Source: an uncultured Singulisphaera sp. (GTDB taxonomy: Bacteria; Planctomycetota; Phycisphaerae; Phycisphaerales; SM1A02). From it: a stretch of DNA of 64,000 bases. The translations under genes and the position numbers were made by a program. Positions 46,365 to 55,659 of this stretch are shown here, piece after piece. The stretch's first letter is position 1; every line of letters begins with the position of its first letter. The notes under the pieces were generated by a model, which saw only the letters and a program-made list of their open reading frames with translations, did not search any database and was not told the origin of the DNA. The stretch lies in assembly GCA_964355975.1 (NCBI GenBank), contig CAYHFW010000007.1:27165-91164 (forward strand). The letters run 5' to 3'.

Positions 46365-49283
46365 ATGCAACTCGACGAAATCCACCGCTGCTTCTTGCTG
46401 CTCGAATCAGACCGCGAATCCGAGGCGCGCGCGGAGTTTTCTGCGGAAGTCATCGCCGAGGCGGCAGCGTTGTTGAGAACTCATCACGCGATGGAGGACA
46501 CAGGCGAATGGGGCGAGTGGGAAGATGGGCACTCGGCCATCCCGACTCTTGGTCAGTTGATTGGTGGTTTCGAACTCATCGAGTTCATCGGCGAAGGCTC
46601 AAGCGGTCAGGTCTTTCGTGCTCTGCAGCGCGACCCCGCCCGAGAGGTTGCACTGAAACTGCTCTGGCCATCGCCGAGCGGCAACCTCGCACCCGGCGCC
46701 CGCGAGGGTGCGATGCTCGCGGGGTTAGAGCATTCTGGGATTGCGCGCCTGTACGAGGTTGGCTCGTGGGAACACGCGGGGGGAACGCGTGCGTGGATCG
46801 CGATGGAATTCGTCCGACGCGGTAACCCGCTCGACGCGCTCTCTGTTGGCGCGCTCGACATCAGTGCACGAGTGCGATTGCTGGTGCGGGTCGCACGCGC
46901 GGTCGCGTTCGCGAACGGAAAGGGAATCATCCACCGAGACTTGAAGCCCAGCAATGTGCTCGTGAACTCGGACGGACATCCGTTCGTGATCGACTTTGGG
47001 CTTGCGCGTTCAGTCGACGCGAACACTGACCATTCCGTTTCAATGCTCGGCCATCGAATCGTCGGAACGCTCGCGTACTTGGCGCCTGAGTCTGTGACTC
47101 CGGGATCACCTCCGAGTGTGCGCGGCGATGTGTTCGCGCTTGGCGCAATCATTTACGAGTGTCTCGCGCAGCGGCGGATGCGACAACTCGAAGGGCGATC
47201 GATAGCCCAGGCGCTGAATGCTGTGCTCAACGAACATCCACTGCGGCTTGCAAGCATCAATCGCGAACTTCACGGAGACCTCGATCGGATCGTCGCCAAG
47301 GCAACGGCGACCGATCCGATGCAGCGCTATGCGAGTGCCGACGCACTTGCGGACGATCTTGAGCGACATCTCTCGGGTGAGGTTGTGCTGATTGAACAGC
47401 AGCCGCGAAGCGAACAACTGCTCCGCGGGTTGAAGCGCCACTGGAAGGCGACGGCGGTTGGCGCGTTCATCTTGCTCACACTGATCGCAACAACGGTGAT
47501 CTCGCTGCGCTTCGCACATGAAGCAGAACACGAGGCGCGCATCGCGACATTGGCGTTGGCAGCACGCGCGCTCGATGCGCATGATCAATTGTTGATGCGA
47601 CAAGCACTCAATCGTCTCGCGGGAGACCACGCGTTAGAAGTTGCGGTCCTGCGCCGCGCAGCGGATCTTGGTGGAACGATCGTCGCAAGGGAAGACACGT
47701 ACGCCCTCTCGCTCGCGCCCGATCGCGCGTGGATTGCTGCGGCATTCTGCATCGATCGAGGCGACCTTCCTGGAGCTGGCTTGTTGCGAGTTGCGAGCGA
47801 TGGGACGCACAACTGGAACATCGCGTCGACCGACTGCGCCACGAACGGGATGGCGATCGATCCAACTGGTCGCTTCATCGCGAAGGCGAGCACGCAGAAC
47901 GGTATTGAATTGCTTCGCGCGCTCGACGGGCGAGTGCTCTGGACAGATCGCACGCACTCCGCTGACGATGAGGCTGCCGCTGTCGTCGGTTGGTCAGCAG
48001 ATGGTCGGCTGCTCGTTGCTGGCGAAGACCTAGAAGTTCGCGACTCGAAGCACCCAGACACTGTGCTCGCGCGTTTTCCACTGGGAATCAGCAGCGTTCG
48101 TTGCATCGCCGCGCGGCAAGATGGGCTCGTTGCATGCGTAGGTACGAATGGAGCGCGCCTCGTTGATATCTCAGGTAGTCGGTCGACGTTGCAGCTGGAA
48201 GTACCCCCGTTCATCCAATCGGCCGCCGCATGGACCGAGGACGAATCGCGCCTGTTGGTTGGAGGCTGGGACAGCACGGTGCGCGCATACTCGCCCCACT
48301 CACCGATTCCCATCTGGACTGGGCGTGTGCACTCAGATCATGTTTGGGCGATCACCCCATGGACCGAAGGAAAGATGTGTTCCTCTGGAGCTGATGGAAG
48401 TCTCGTGATCTGGAACTCGAACGATGGCAGTGCGCAAGTCGTGCCGATTAGTCCTGACATTGTGTGGGCGGCGATCACCGACCGCGAGTCGCTCTGGACG
48501 GGCAGCCTCGGAGGATTGCGGCGGCAATCCCTTGCGACGATTGAAGGATGGCTCGGTACACCCTGGCCGACCGCATACGTCGCATGGACGAAACGGTGGA
48601 CAGCGTTGGTCGACGCAAAGGGCGGCGCTCGCCTTGAATGGAACGACTCATCGGATGGCGCGACACAAGTTGGTGGGGCAACGCCGATGGGCTACATCGC
48701 GGGCGATCTCTACGGACACCATCTCGGCGCAACGACTCTCGATGGCGAGGTCATCCTCTACGACACGCACAGTGGAAGCGAGGTGTGGCGCAACCGCGAC
48801 CTTGGGCAGGCCGACCATGCGCAGGGATTTGGCGGGCTCGCAGGAATAGCCATCGACGCCGCCTCGAACTGTGTCGTGGTTGCATCGCGCGTCCGCGGAT
48901 GCGTCGCCCTCTCGCTCGTGGATGGGTCGATGAAGTGGGAACGCGCTCTTGCGAAGGACTGCGCTGGAGTCGGCGTGCACGAAGGAGGAAAGGCGATCTT
49001 CGCGAGCGATCGAGATGGAGTGCTTGTTCGCCTCGACGCCGCGACGGGAGACCTCATGGCGATCGCAAAGCGACAGAGGTCGCGCATCGGTTGTCTGTGC
49101 ATGGATTCCGACGGAGGGCGATTACTTACAGCAGGCGCTGACGGGACGATTCGAGTACTCGATCCGTGGTCACTTGAGGAACTGCTCTCGCTGCAAGTTT
49201 CGCGCGTCACGATCGACAGCCTTTGGTGCGACAACGGCGTGATCTGGTCGATCGACCGCAATGGCGTGAAGCGTTGGCGGTGA
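46365..49283 (+). CDS. Ser/Thr protein kinase with one transmembrane helix and a large C-terminal beta-propeller-like (WD40/PQQ-like) domain
   Basis: GEGSSGQVFRA, HRDLKPSNVLV, DFGLAR and GTLAYLAPE. TM helix AVGAFILLTLIATTVISL. Repeated ...DG.....W... blocks in the C-terminal ~570 aa. Confidence 0.9.
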   Translation: MQLDEIHRCFLLLESDRESEARAEFSAEVIAEAAALLRTHHAMEDTGEWGEWEDGHSAIPTLGQLIGGFELIEFIGEGSSGQVFRALQRDPAREVALKLLWPSPSGNLAPGAREGAMLAGLEHSGIARLYEVGSWEHAGGTRAWIAMEFVRRGNPLDALSVGALDISARVRLLVRVARAVAFANGKGIIHRDLKPSNVLVNSDGHPFVIDFGLARSVDANTDHSVSMLGHRIVGTLAYLAPESVTPGSPPSVRGDVFALGAIIYECLAQRRMRQLEGRSIAQALNAVLNEHPLRLASINRELHGDLDRIVAKATATDPMQRYASADALADDLERHLSGEVVLIEQQPRSEQLLRGLKRHWKATAVGAFILLTLIATTVISLRFAHEAEHEARIATLALAARALDAHDQLLMRQALNRLAGDHALEVAVLRRAADLGGTIVAREDTYALSLAPDRAWIAAAFCIDRGDLPGAGLLRVASDGTHNWNIASTDCATNGMAIDPTGRFIAKASTQNGIELLRALDGRVLWTDRTHSADDEAAAVVGWSADGRLLVAGEDLEVRDSKHPDTVLARFPLGISSVRCIAARQDGLVACVGTNGARLVDISGSRSTLQLEVPPFIQSAAAWTEDESRLLVGGWDSTVRAYSPHSPIPIWTGRVHSDHVWAITPWTEGKMCSSGADGSLVIWNSNDGSAQVVPISPDIVWAAITDRESLWTGSLGGLRRQSLATIEGWLGTPWPTAYVAWTKRWTALVDAKGGARLEWNDSSDGATQVGGATPMGYIAGDLYGHHLGATTLDGEVILYDTHSGSEVWRNRDLGQADHAQGFGGLAGIAIDAASNCVVVASRVRGCVALSLVDGSMKWERALAKDCAGVGVHEGGKAIFASDRDGVLVRLDAATGDLMAIAKRQRSRIGCLCMDSDGGRLLTAGADGTIRVLDPWSLEELLSLQVSRVTIDSLWCDNGVIWSIDRNGVKRWR

Positions 49284-49297
49284 GCCCATCACGGCAC

Positions 49298-51433
49298 TCA
49301 CGGCGTCGGTACTGGCAGACGCTGATCGGCGACCTTGCAGAGCGCCGCAACAGCTGGATCGAGCAGGGACTTGCCGCGGATCTCAAGAAACTCTTTGCCT
49401 GCGAACGGCGCAAGCATCGCTTTCGCCCACGACTGTTTGGCTTTCTTGCCCTTGATGGTCTTGCACCAATCGTTGACGCGCGTGGTGAACCGATTCGCCG
49501 CCTGCTTTCCCTTGGCACGATCGGGTGACGCGATGTAATCGTTGGCGGCCTTTACGCACGCATCAACAAATCCATCCTCGCCCGAAATGGTTCGCCAACA
49601 ACGCGCGAGCAACAGATTGTTGGTGCACCCTTGGCGCACGAGATTTTCGAGCAGCAGTTCGGTGCCCTCACGCGAAGACGGCTCAGCGAGCGCGAGCACG
49701 CGCGCGTGCGCCAAATCGCGCACGGTTGCTGCGTACAACGGATGCGCTTGCACATCGGGACTCTGTTCGATCGCTTTCGAGAACTCATCCAAGAGGTCAA
49801 TGGCTGCCTCAGCAGTCGTCGCAGAATCGATCGCCGCGAGCACCATCGGCATCGCGTACACATTCTCTGCGAGGGCCGCGCGCAGATAGGCAGGAGCACT
49901 CGCAGCGCGATCCTCGGCGGCGAGCGCATCGAAAGCGCGACGCAGCACGAGCGTGCCCACATACGCAGCCGCGTCACGGTTGATCGCCCACGCGACACTC
50001 TGATGGAAGACCATCGGACGGCGTCCTCCGTTGCCGTCGTAATTCCAATCAGCGTGAACAGTGGTCACATCGTCGCCACCCGTCGCGTACTGCGCGCCGT
50101 TGCAGGAAAACTCGCCAGACTTTGGATCGCACTGCATGAACACCATCGCGCAGTGGCCAGGTTGTCCCGCGGTCGACGCGGGGATTCCACCGATGCGATT
50201 CGTGCGCGCACCAATGTTGCCCATCGTTCCGCAGACTCCGCCATCCTTCCACATCATCTGAATCGATCCGTAGTCGAATGGAAACGGCGAGAGCCGCCGC
50301 GCCGCTTGCATATCGCCCTGCTGCGCGATGCCACCGGTGTACTCGCCGTACGTGCGAAACTCTCCATGGTCGCGCAGCCGCGCCCAGATCTCTTCGCGCT
50401 CTCGCAGCGGCTGGTCATCTGCGGCGAGCATCATGAGCACCGGCCACGGCGCATTGAGCGGAAACATCGGCCATGTCACGCCACCACTCGCCGCGTGCTT
50501 GAGTGGTTGCTGGTCGTTGCGGACAAACCACGCCATCGATTGCGACGCGGTGGGAGAAGGATCGCGCGCAGCAGGCATGCGTCCAGTGGCGCGATATGCA
50601 TCCTCAAAGAGTTTGTGCGCGCCCTTGATGCGTGCGCGAAGTGCCTCGTCGGCGACAGCGTCGGTCGATTTCCAAGAGACGACCTTGTCGCCACACTCGA
50701 CTTGCACTTCAGGATGGCCGTGCGCTGCCATGCACGCGTTGAATTCGCGCTGCAACTCGGCCGAGGCGATCACGTCAGCGGCGTAGAGCGGTCGCTGCAC
50801 TGTTCGCGTGACTTCAACTCGCTCACCGCGTGGTTTGGCGATGCCTTTGTCGTCGTACTCGAGCGGCGCAAGTTCTCGCGTGGTCTCCTCGATCGAGATC
50901 GGAGTGTGATCCTCGAGAAATCGGACAATGACGTGGGGAACGCTCTGGGCGTACGCGGCATCGGCAAGGTTGGCTGGCACGCGCGGATCTTGAGGAATCG
51001 TCAGCACGAGTGGTGCGCGGGGGGCGAGGTCGGGCAGATCGCCCTGCGACACTGCGGCATCTGCATCGTTCCATCCCCCTGCTTTGCCTGTCAAAGCGCG
51101 GTATGAATTTTGAATTGCGAACGCCACCGCCAACTGCGGGTAGTCCTGTCGAACTGTCTGCTTGCCTAAGTCAAGTTCGAGCGCGCGCAAAGCGGTGAGC
51201 ACCGCGAGAGGATCTTTGCCGCACCCGTACACCGAGGCGCGGAGCATCGGGTCTTTATTGACCCAACCCACAAAGTCATCGGGGAGGTCAATCTTCTGGT
51301 CGACGCAAGATTGCAAAGTCTGCCGCTCTACGCCATCGAGGTAATCGTCGATGACCTTCGCCGCGCGAATCGACTGCGGCGGACCAGAGACCGCTGCGAT
51401 GCTGAGCGCGATGATTGAAAGCAGCGTCAGCAT
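49298..51433 (-). CDS. Secreted hypothetical protein with a possible transglutaminase-like Cys-His core
   Basis: Signal peptide MLTLLSIIALSIAAVSG. The segment GGVCGTMGNIGARTNRIGGIPASTAGQPGHCAMVF resembles the G.C....A...R..GIPAR.....GH.W core of transglutaminase-like cysteine proteases. Confidence 0.45.
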   Translation of the reverse strand: MLTLLSIIALSIAAVSGPPQSIRAAKVIDDYLDGVERQTLQSCVDQKIDLPDDFVGWVNKDPMLRASVYGCGKDPLAVLTALRALELDLGKQTVRQDYPQLAVAFAIQNSYRALTGKAGGWNDADAAVSQGDLPDLAPRAPLVLTIPQDPRVPANLADAAYAQSVPHVIVRFLEDHTPISIEETTRELAPLEYDDKGIAKPRGERVEVTRTVQRPLYAADVIASAELQREFNACMAAHGHPEVQVECGDKVVSWKSTDAVADEALRARIKGAHKLFEDAYRATGRMPAARDPSPTASQSMAWFVRNDQQPLKHAASGGVTWPMFPLNAPWPVLMMLAADDQPLREREEIWARLRDHGEFRTYGEYTGGIAQQGDMQAARRLSPFPFDYGSIQMMWKDGGVCGTMGNIGARTNRIGGIPASTAGQPGHCAMVFMQCDPKSGEFSCNGAQYATGGDDVTTVHADWNYDGNGGRRPMVFHQSVAWAINRDAAAYVGTLVLRRAFDALAAEDRAASAPAYLRAALAENVYAMPMVLAAIDSATTAEAAIDLLDEFSKAIEQSPDVQAHPLYAATVRDLAHARVLALAEPSSREGTELLLENLVRQGCTNNLLLARCWRTISGEDGFVDACVKAANDYIASPDRAKGKQAANRFTTRVNDWCKTIKGKKAKQSWAKAMLAPFAGKEFLEIRGKSLLDPAVAALCKVADQRLPVPTP

Positions 51434-51467
51434 GTGGAGAAACTCAGTCTACGGCGCACCATGCTCG

Positions 51468-51489
51468 AGGCTTCGCTGCGCCGAAGCCT
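51468..51489 (-). other. GC-rich 8-bp hairpin between the response-regulator gene and the downstream ORF (no U tract)
   Basis: aggcttcg-ctgcgc-cgaagcct at 51468-51489. Confidence 0.3.
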
Positions 51490-51500
51490 TCAGCATCCTG

Positions 51501-51887
51501 CTACGCGCTGCGCTTGAGCGTCTCACCCACCAGAGCCAGCAATTCCAATCGCTTGGTCGGCTTGGTGATGAAGTGGGATGCGCCGTACGAGAGCCCCCGC
51601 TCGCGCGACTCATCATCCGACAGAGCCGTCAAGAGGAGAACGGGAATACTGTGGGTCTTTGGATCGGCCTTGAGGCGCTTCAGCACCTCGAATCCATCCA
51701 TCACGGGCATCATCACATCGAGGACCAAGAGGTCGGGCAAGAGCGCGTCGACTGAGGCGAGCGCCTCCACGCCATTCATCGCCGTCCGCACAACATAGCC
51801 GGCGTCTTCGAGCATGTAGGCGACCAGTTTCAGATTGAAGTCGTGGTCATCGACGACAAGAATCGTCGATGGATTCGCGTTCACCAT
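51501..51887 (-). CDS. Single-domain response regulator (CheY-like)
   Basis: ILVVDDHDFN...DLLVLDVMMPVMDG...VLLLTAL...HFITKP. All canonical receiver residues are present. Confidence 0.9.
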   Translation of the reverse strand: MVNANPSTILVVDDHDFNLKLVAYMLEDAGYVVRTAMNGVEALASVDALLPDLLVLDVMMPVMDGFEVLKRLKADPKTHSIPVLLLTALSDDESRERGLSYGASHFITKPTKRLELLALVGETLKRSA

Positions 51888-53340
51888 GTGTTGCCTCTCT
51901 TGTGTGGCGCGTGCGGCACCGGATGCGGTGACACATGATGCGCCCGTGTCTCCCTCGTGGGTAGGTACACGAAGAACTTTGCTCCTGCTCCTGGTTCACT
52001 CTCGACCGCGCAGCCGCCGCCATGAAGCCGGGCGAACTGTTTGGCGAGCGTCAGTCCAATGCCTGTGCCTTGATGAGTTCGGGCCAGCCGCCCGTCACCC
52101 TGAATGAACGGGCGAAAGAGCCGCGCCATCACTTCGGGGGAAATTCCAACCCCTGTGTCTTCGACCGACAATTCGAGGTACTCCTCGACTTCTCTCGCCA
52201 ACGGCGCATGGATCGCAGACCGCGGCACCACTCGTGCGGCCACAGTGATCGTTCCGCCCGCAGGAGTAAATCGCAGCGCGTTGTCGAGCAAGATCCCGAG
52301 GATGCGCGAGACAAATTTGGTGTCGAGCGGCATTTCGGCAAGATCTGCGGTCGCCCACACCTTGAGCGTCAACCCCGCGGCGCGCGCACGCTGCTCGTGC
52401 TCGCGGACGATCTTCATGAGGAGCGTGCGAGGATCCTGCGCCACTGCCTTGAGGCGCACCTTCGAAGATTGAGCCTCAGCGAGTTCGATCAACGAGTCGA
52501 CTACAGCGAGTTCGCCACTCCCTGCCGTGTAGATATCTTCGATGAATTCCCGCTGCTTCGCAGAGAGAGCGCCAACCCGTTGAGCGGCGTCTTGAGTGAG
52601 TGACTAATGGTCGCAAGAAACTCATCCTTCTCGCGCGCCGTCGCCTCGAGTTGGCGATACCTCTCGCTCTCGTTGCGCGAGCGCAGCCCAGCCCATGCGT
52701 GCGCAGACCGAACTGCAGCAATCCAAGCAATGATGAGAGCCGCGATGCCGATGACGCTTGCGATGGAGAAGCTCTTCCATTGCAGCACGAGTTGTGAATA
52801 CTCAGCAGCCATCACTTTGTTGGCGGCAACGGTCGTTCCCTTCATCCCGACCGTGTAGAGATCCTTCAGTCGCAGGTACTCAGCACCGTGAAGGCTCGCC
52901 AAGGCCTCTGGACCGCGCCCCTGATGCGTCAGCGCGAATGCTTCGCGCTCGATCGCCACCAGTCTGTCGTTGGCCGCATCGGTCGTTGCCACGAGGCTTG
53001 CAATCTCTGCGCTTGGAATGAATGCTCGCAGCGCACCGATGTGGCTGACCAACAGCGGATCAAACTCGTTGTAACGCTGCTCGTACGCGAAGTCTCCGGT
53101 GGCCGCGCAGAGCCGCGCCGACATCGTGAGCACTTCGTCGTACCACAGGATGCTGACGATGTGGTTCGTGATATCGACATGCTCGGCCGCGAGAGTCTCG
53201 CCCCGTTGCTCAATCTCGTGCGACTGCCACACCATCGCGCAGGTCGTCGAAATACTCACAGCGAACGCGACAACGAACAAGGCCAATGGAAACCTCTGGT
53301 TGCCTTGTGGGGTTTCGTCTGATGGTGCTGATCTGTTCAT
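51881..53340 (-). pseudogene. Sensor histidine kinase interrupted by a 1-nt frameshift (or sequencing error)
   Basis: ORF 52501-53340 encodes two TM helices, a sensor region and the H-box EFLATISHSLKTPLNG, then 25 aberrant codons and a stop. The other frame continues from ~52577 as VGALSAKQREFIEDIYTAGSGELAVVDSLIELAEAQ... into ORF 51881-52492, which has the N, G1, F and G2 boxes (LLDNALRFT, EDTGVGI, FRPF, GTGIGL). The junction is at the CCC run 52576-52578. Confidence 0.75.
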
Positions 53341-53409
53341 AGCCGATTTTCTTGGGAGGGGCGCCGCTGATGACCCGCGCGAACCAGAGAGCGTCCGCCA
53401 TTCCAGAAC

Positions 53410-53746
53410 TTAGTGTACGGATGTGCGGAGATTCGAAAAACTGCTCCTTCGGGCCGAATCAATGCTCGCAAACGCCATCCGCCGCCTGTACGCGATTCGA
53501 GACGACTCGACTTGCGAGAAGGGTTCAAAGAGGAGATCGACCGCAGTCGGGTCAACGCCTGGGCCTGTGTCACGCACGATCCACTCGGCGCTATCAGCGG
53601 TCGCGCGCACGGTCACCGCAACCGAACCTCGTTCAGTGAATCTGATTGCGTTTCCGATCACATTGATGAGAATCTGCCACACACGGGTTGGGTCTGCAAC
53701 GATTCTCACGGGTGTGAGAAAGTGCAGTGAGAAACGCACGCGCTCG
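53410..53746 (-). pseudogene. Remnant of a second histidine-kinase ATPase domain (5'-truncated, frameshifted)
   Basis: Begins directly after the DoxX stop with VRIVADPTRVWQILINVIGNAIRFTERGSV...VRDTGPGV...LFEPFSQ. The G2 box is recoverable only in another frame (TGGGWRLRAL..PEGAVFRI). There is no DHp or sensor part. Confidence 0.6.
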
Positions 53747-54154
53747 TCAGAGCGAGAGCAGCACAACTTCACCAATACAAAGGATGAAGTATGGCACGAG
53801 CGCTGCGGCACCGGCGTAATCCTTGGCGATTCGCTGTCCAAAGAAAAGGAGCACGATGTCGACTGCGGCGAGTTGTGCGCCGTAGAGGGCGAGTTGCTTG
53901 TCGCCTGAGATCACGAGTTGCGCCACCCCTGCGAGCGCGAGTCCACCAGCGAGCACTTCGCCCACCGTCACCGAGATCAACATCGCCTTCACGTGGTTGC
54001 GAAAGGGCGTTTTCAAAAAGTGCCCGGTGAGCCATGAGAGATTGCCTGAGAAATCGACGACCTTGTCGATTCCCGACTGAAGAAACAGGATGGCAAGCAG
54101 CAGCGCCGTGATCGTCTGGGCGAATGAGATTGGATTGAGTAGTTGCTGCATCAT
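53747..54154 (-). CDS. DoxX-family membrane protein
   Basis: 135 aa with four hydrophobic helices. LLAILFLQSGIDKV near the N-terminus is typical of DoxX. Confidence 0.7.
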   Translation of the reverse strand: MMQQLLNPISFAQTITALLLAILFLQSGIDKVVDFSGNLSWLTGHFLKTPFRNHVKAMLISVTVGEVLAGGLALAGVAQLVISGDKQLALYGAQLAAVDIVLLFFGQRIAKDYAGAAALVPYFILCIGEVVLLSL

Positions 54155-54234
54155 GTGTGGGTCGCAAGCACCCGCTTGCGCGAGTGATCATAAGGAAACT
54201 CTTCACGCGCTGTCTGCGTCTACGCTGCGTCGAC

Positions 54235-55095
54235 ATGGCGAACATTGGCAAGCGCAATCTGCTTTCAGTCATCCGCGAGACGAGTTCTGGCGTCTATCTC
54301 GATGGCGAACAACTCGGCGAGATCTTGCTGCCCGGCCGCTACATCAAGCGTGACTTGCAAGTCAAAGAGAAGCTCGATGTTTTCATCTACCGCGACTCTG
54401 AGGATCGCCTGGTTGCCACGACCGAGACGCCGTTTGCGATGGTCGATGAATTCGCGTGGCTGAAGGTGAAAGACGTTCACCCGCAGAGTGGCGCATTTCT
54501 TGACTGGGGACTCGCGAAAGATCTGCTTCTGCCCTTTGGTGAGCAAGCGGCGCCCGTTGAGATCGGGCAACGCGTCGTGGTTGCTGTGTGTCTCGACGAA
54601 AAGACAAGTCGCATCTTTGCCAGTGGGCGACTCGTCGATCACCTGAGCAAGACTCCGCCGAGCTACGCAGATGGGCGAGCGGTGAATCTGCTCGTCGTCG
54701 GAGAGAGCCCGCTCGGATACAGCGCGATTGTTGAGCATGCCCACCTCGGCCTGCTCTATCGAACTGATCTTTCATCGCCGCTGGCGATCGGACAGCAACT
54801 CAACGGATTCGTTCGCACAGTGCGCGACGATGGCAAGATCGACTTACGCCTCGACGCTGCTGGGTATGCGCGCGTTGCGCCACTCACAGAAGAGATCATG
54901 CAAGAACTCGAAGCAGCAGGCGGGCGGCTGAACTTTGACGATGAGAGTTCGCCCGACGAGGTGCGTCAGCGATTCGGCGTGAGCAAGAAAGCGTTCAAGC
55001 AAGCGCTCGGAAGTTTGTATCGCGCGCGGCGGATTACTTTCATGCATCCAGGAATTGAATCGGCCGGCACAAAGCAGCAGGAGAAGTCGACATGA
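54235..55095 (+). CDS. cvfB: S1-like RNA-binding protein CvfB/YitL family
   Basis: MANIGKRNLLSVIRETSSGVYLDGEQLGEILLPGRY...AFLDWGLAKDLLLPFGEQ...; tandem S1-like domains plus a C-terminal winged helix (KKAFKQALGSLYRARRI). Confidence 0.8.
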   Translation: MANIGKRNLLSVIRETSSGVYLDGEQLGEILLPGRYIKRDLQVKEKLDVFIYRDSEDRLVATTETPFAMVDEFAWLKVKDVHPQSGAFLDWGLAKDLLLPFGEQAAPVEIGQRVVVAVCLDEKTSRIFASGRLVDHLSKTPPSYADGRAVNLLVVGESPLGYSAIVEHAHLGLLYRTDLSSPLAIGQQLNGFVRTVRDDGKIDLRLDAAGYARVAPLTEEIMQELEAAGGRLNFDDESSPDEVRQRFGVSKKAFKQALGSLYRARRITFMHPGIESAGTKQQEKST

Positions 55096-55625
55096 CAACG
55101 AAGAAAACGAGTTCGAAGAAAACCGGCTCGAAGAAAGCCAAGGCCTCCCCTGCCGCAAAGCCCACAACCCCCGATGCGTACATCGCTGCGCTACCTGAAG
55201 ATCGTCGTGCGATTATGAAAGAGATGCGCGCAGCGATCGTGCGCAACATTCCAAAGGGGTTCGAAGAGTGCATCAGTTACGGGATGATCGGCTATGTCGT
55301 GCCACACTCGATCTTTCCCGCGGGATATCACTGCGACCCAAAGCTTCCGCTGCCTTTCATGTGTATCGCCTCACAGAAGGGCCACATCGCGCTCTATCAC
55401 ATGGGGGTCTACATGGATCCTGCACTGCTCAAGTGGTTCGCGAGCGAGTTGAAGAGGGTCGCCACAAAGAAGGTCGACATGGGCAAGTCGTGCACGCGGT
55501 GGAAGAGTCCAGAAGATGTTCCCGTCGCACTCGTCGGCGAACTTGCCAAGCGAATGACTGTCAAGCAGTGGATCGCGCTCTATCAATCGAAACTCGACGA
55601 GCCGCGCGCGGGCAAGCGCGGTTGA
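55092..55625 (+). CDS. DUF1801 (YdhG-like) domain protein with Lys-rich N-terminus
   Basis: DAYIAALPEDRRAIMKEMRAAIVRNIPKGFEECISYGMIGY...HIALYHMG. ATGA overlap with cvfB. Confidence 0.7.
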   Translation: MTTKKTSSKKTGSKKAKASPAAKPTTPDAYIAALPEDRRAIMKEMRAAIVRNIPKGFEECISYGMIGYVVPHSIFPAGYHCDPKLPLPFMCIASQKGHIALYHMGVYMDPALLKWFASELKRVATKKVDMGKSCTRWKSPEDVPVALVGELAKRMTVKQWIALYQSKLDEPRAGKRG

Positions 55626-55659
55626 GATTCGGCGGGGCTCTCGCGTAGTGTGTTGTCAC

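Noticed and set aside
49631-51106. 491-aa plus-strand ORF
   Set aside because: Antisense to the 711-aa secreted-protein gene, which has a signal peptide and the better coding character. No motifs.
53705-53740. Third occurrence (minus strand) of the 12-mer gcactttctcac from the dispersed repeat core
   Set aside because: It lies inside the histidine-kinase remnant coding sequence, and the flanks do not align with copies A and B. Probably a chance partial match.
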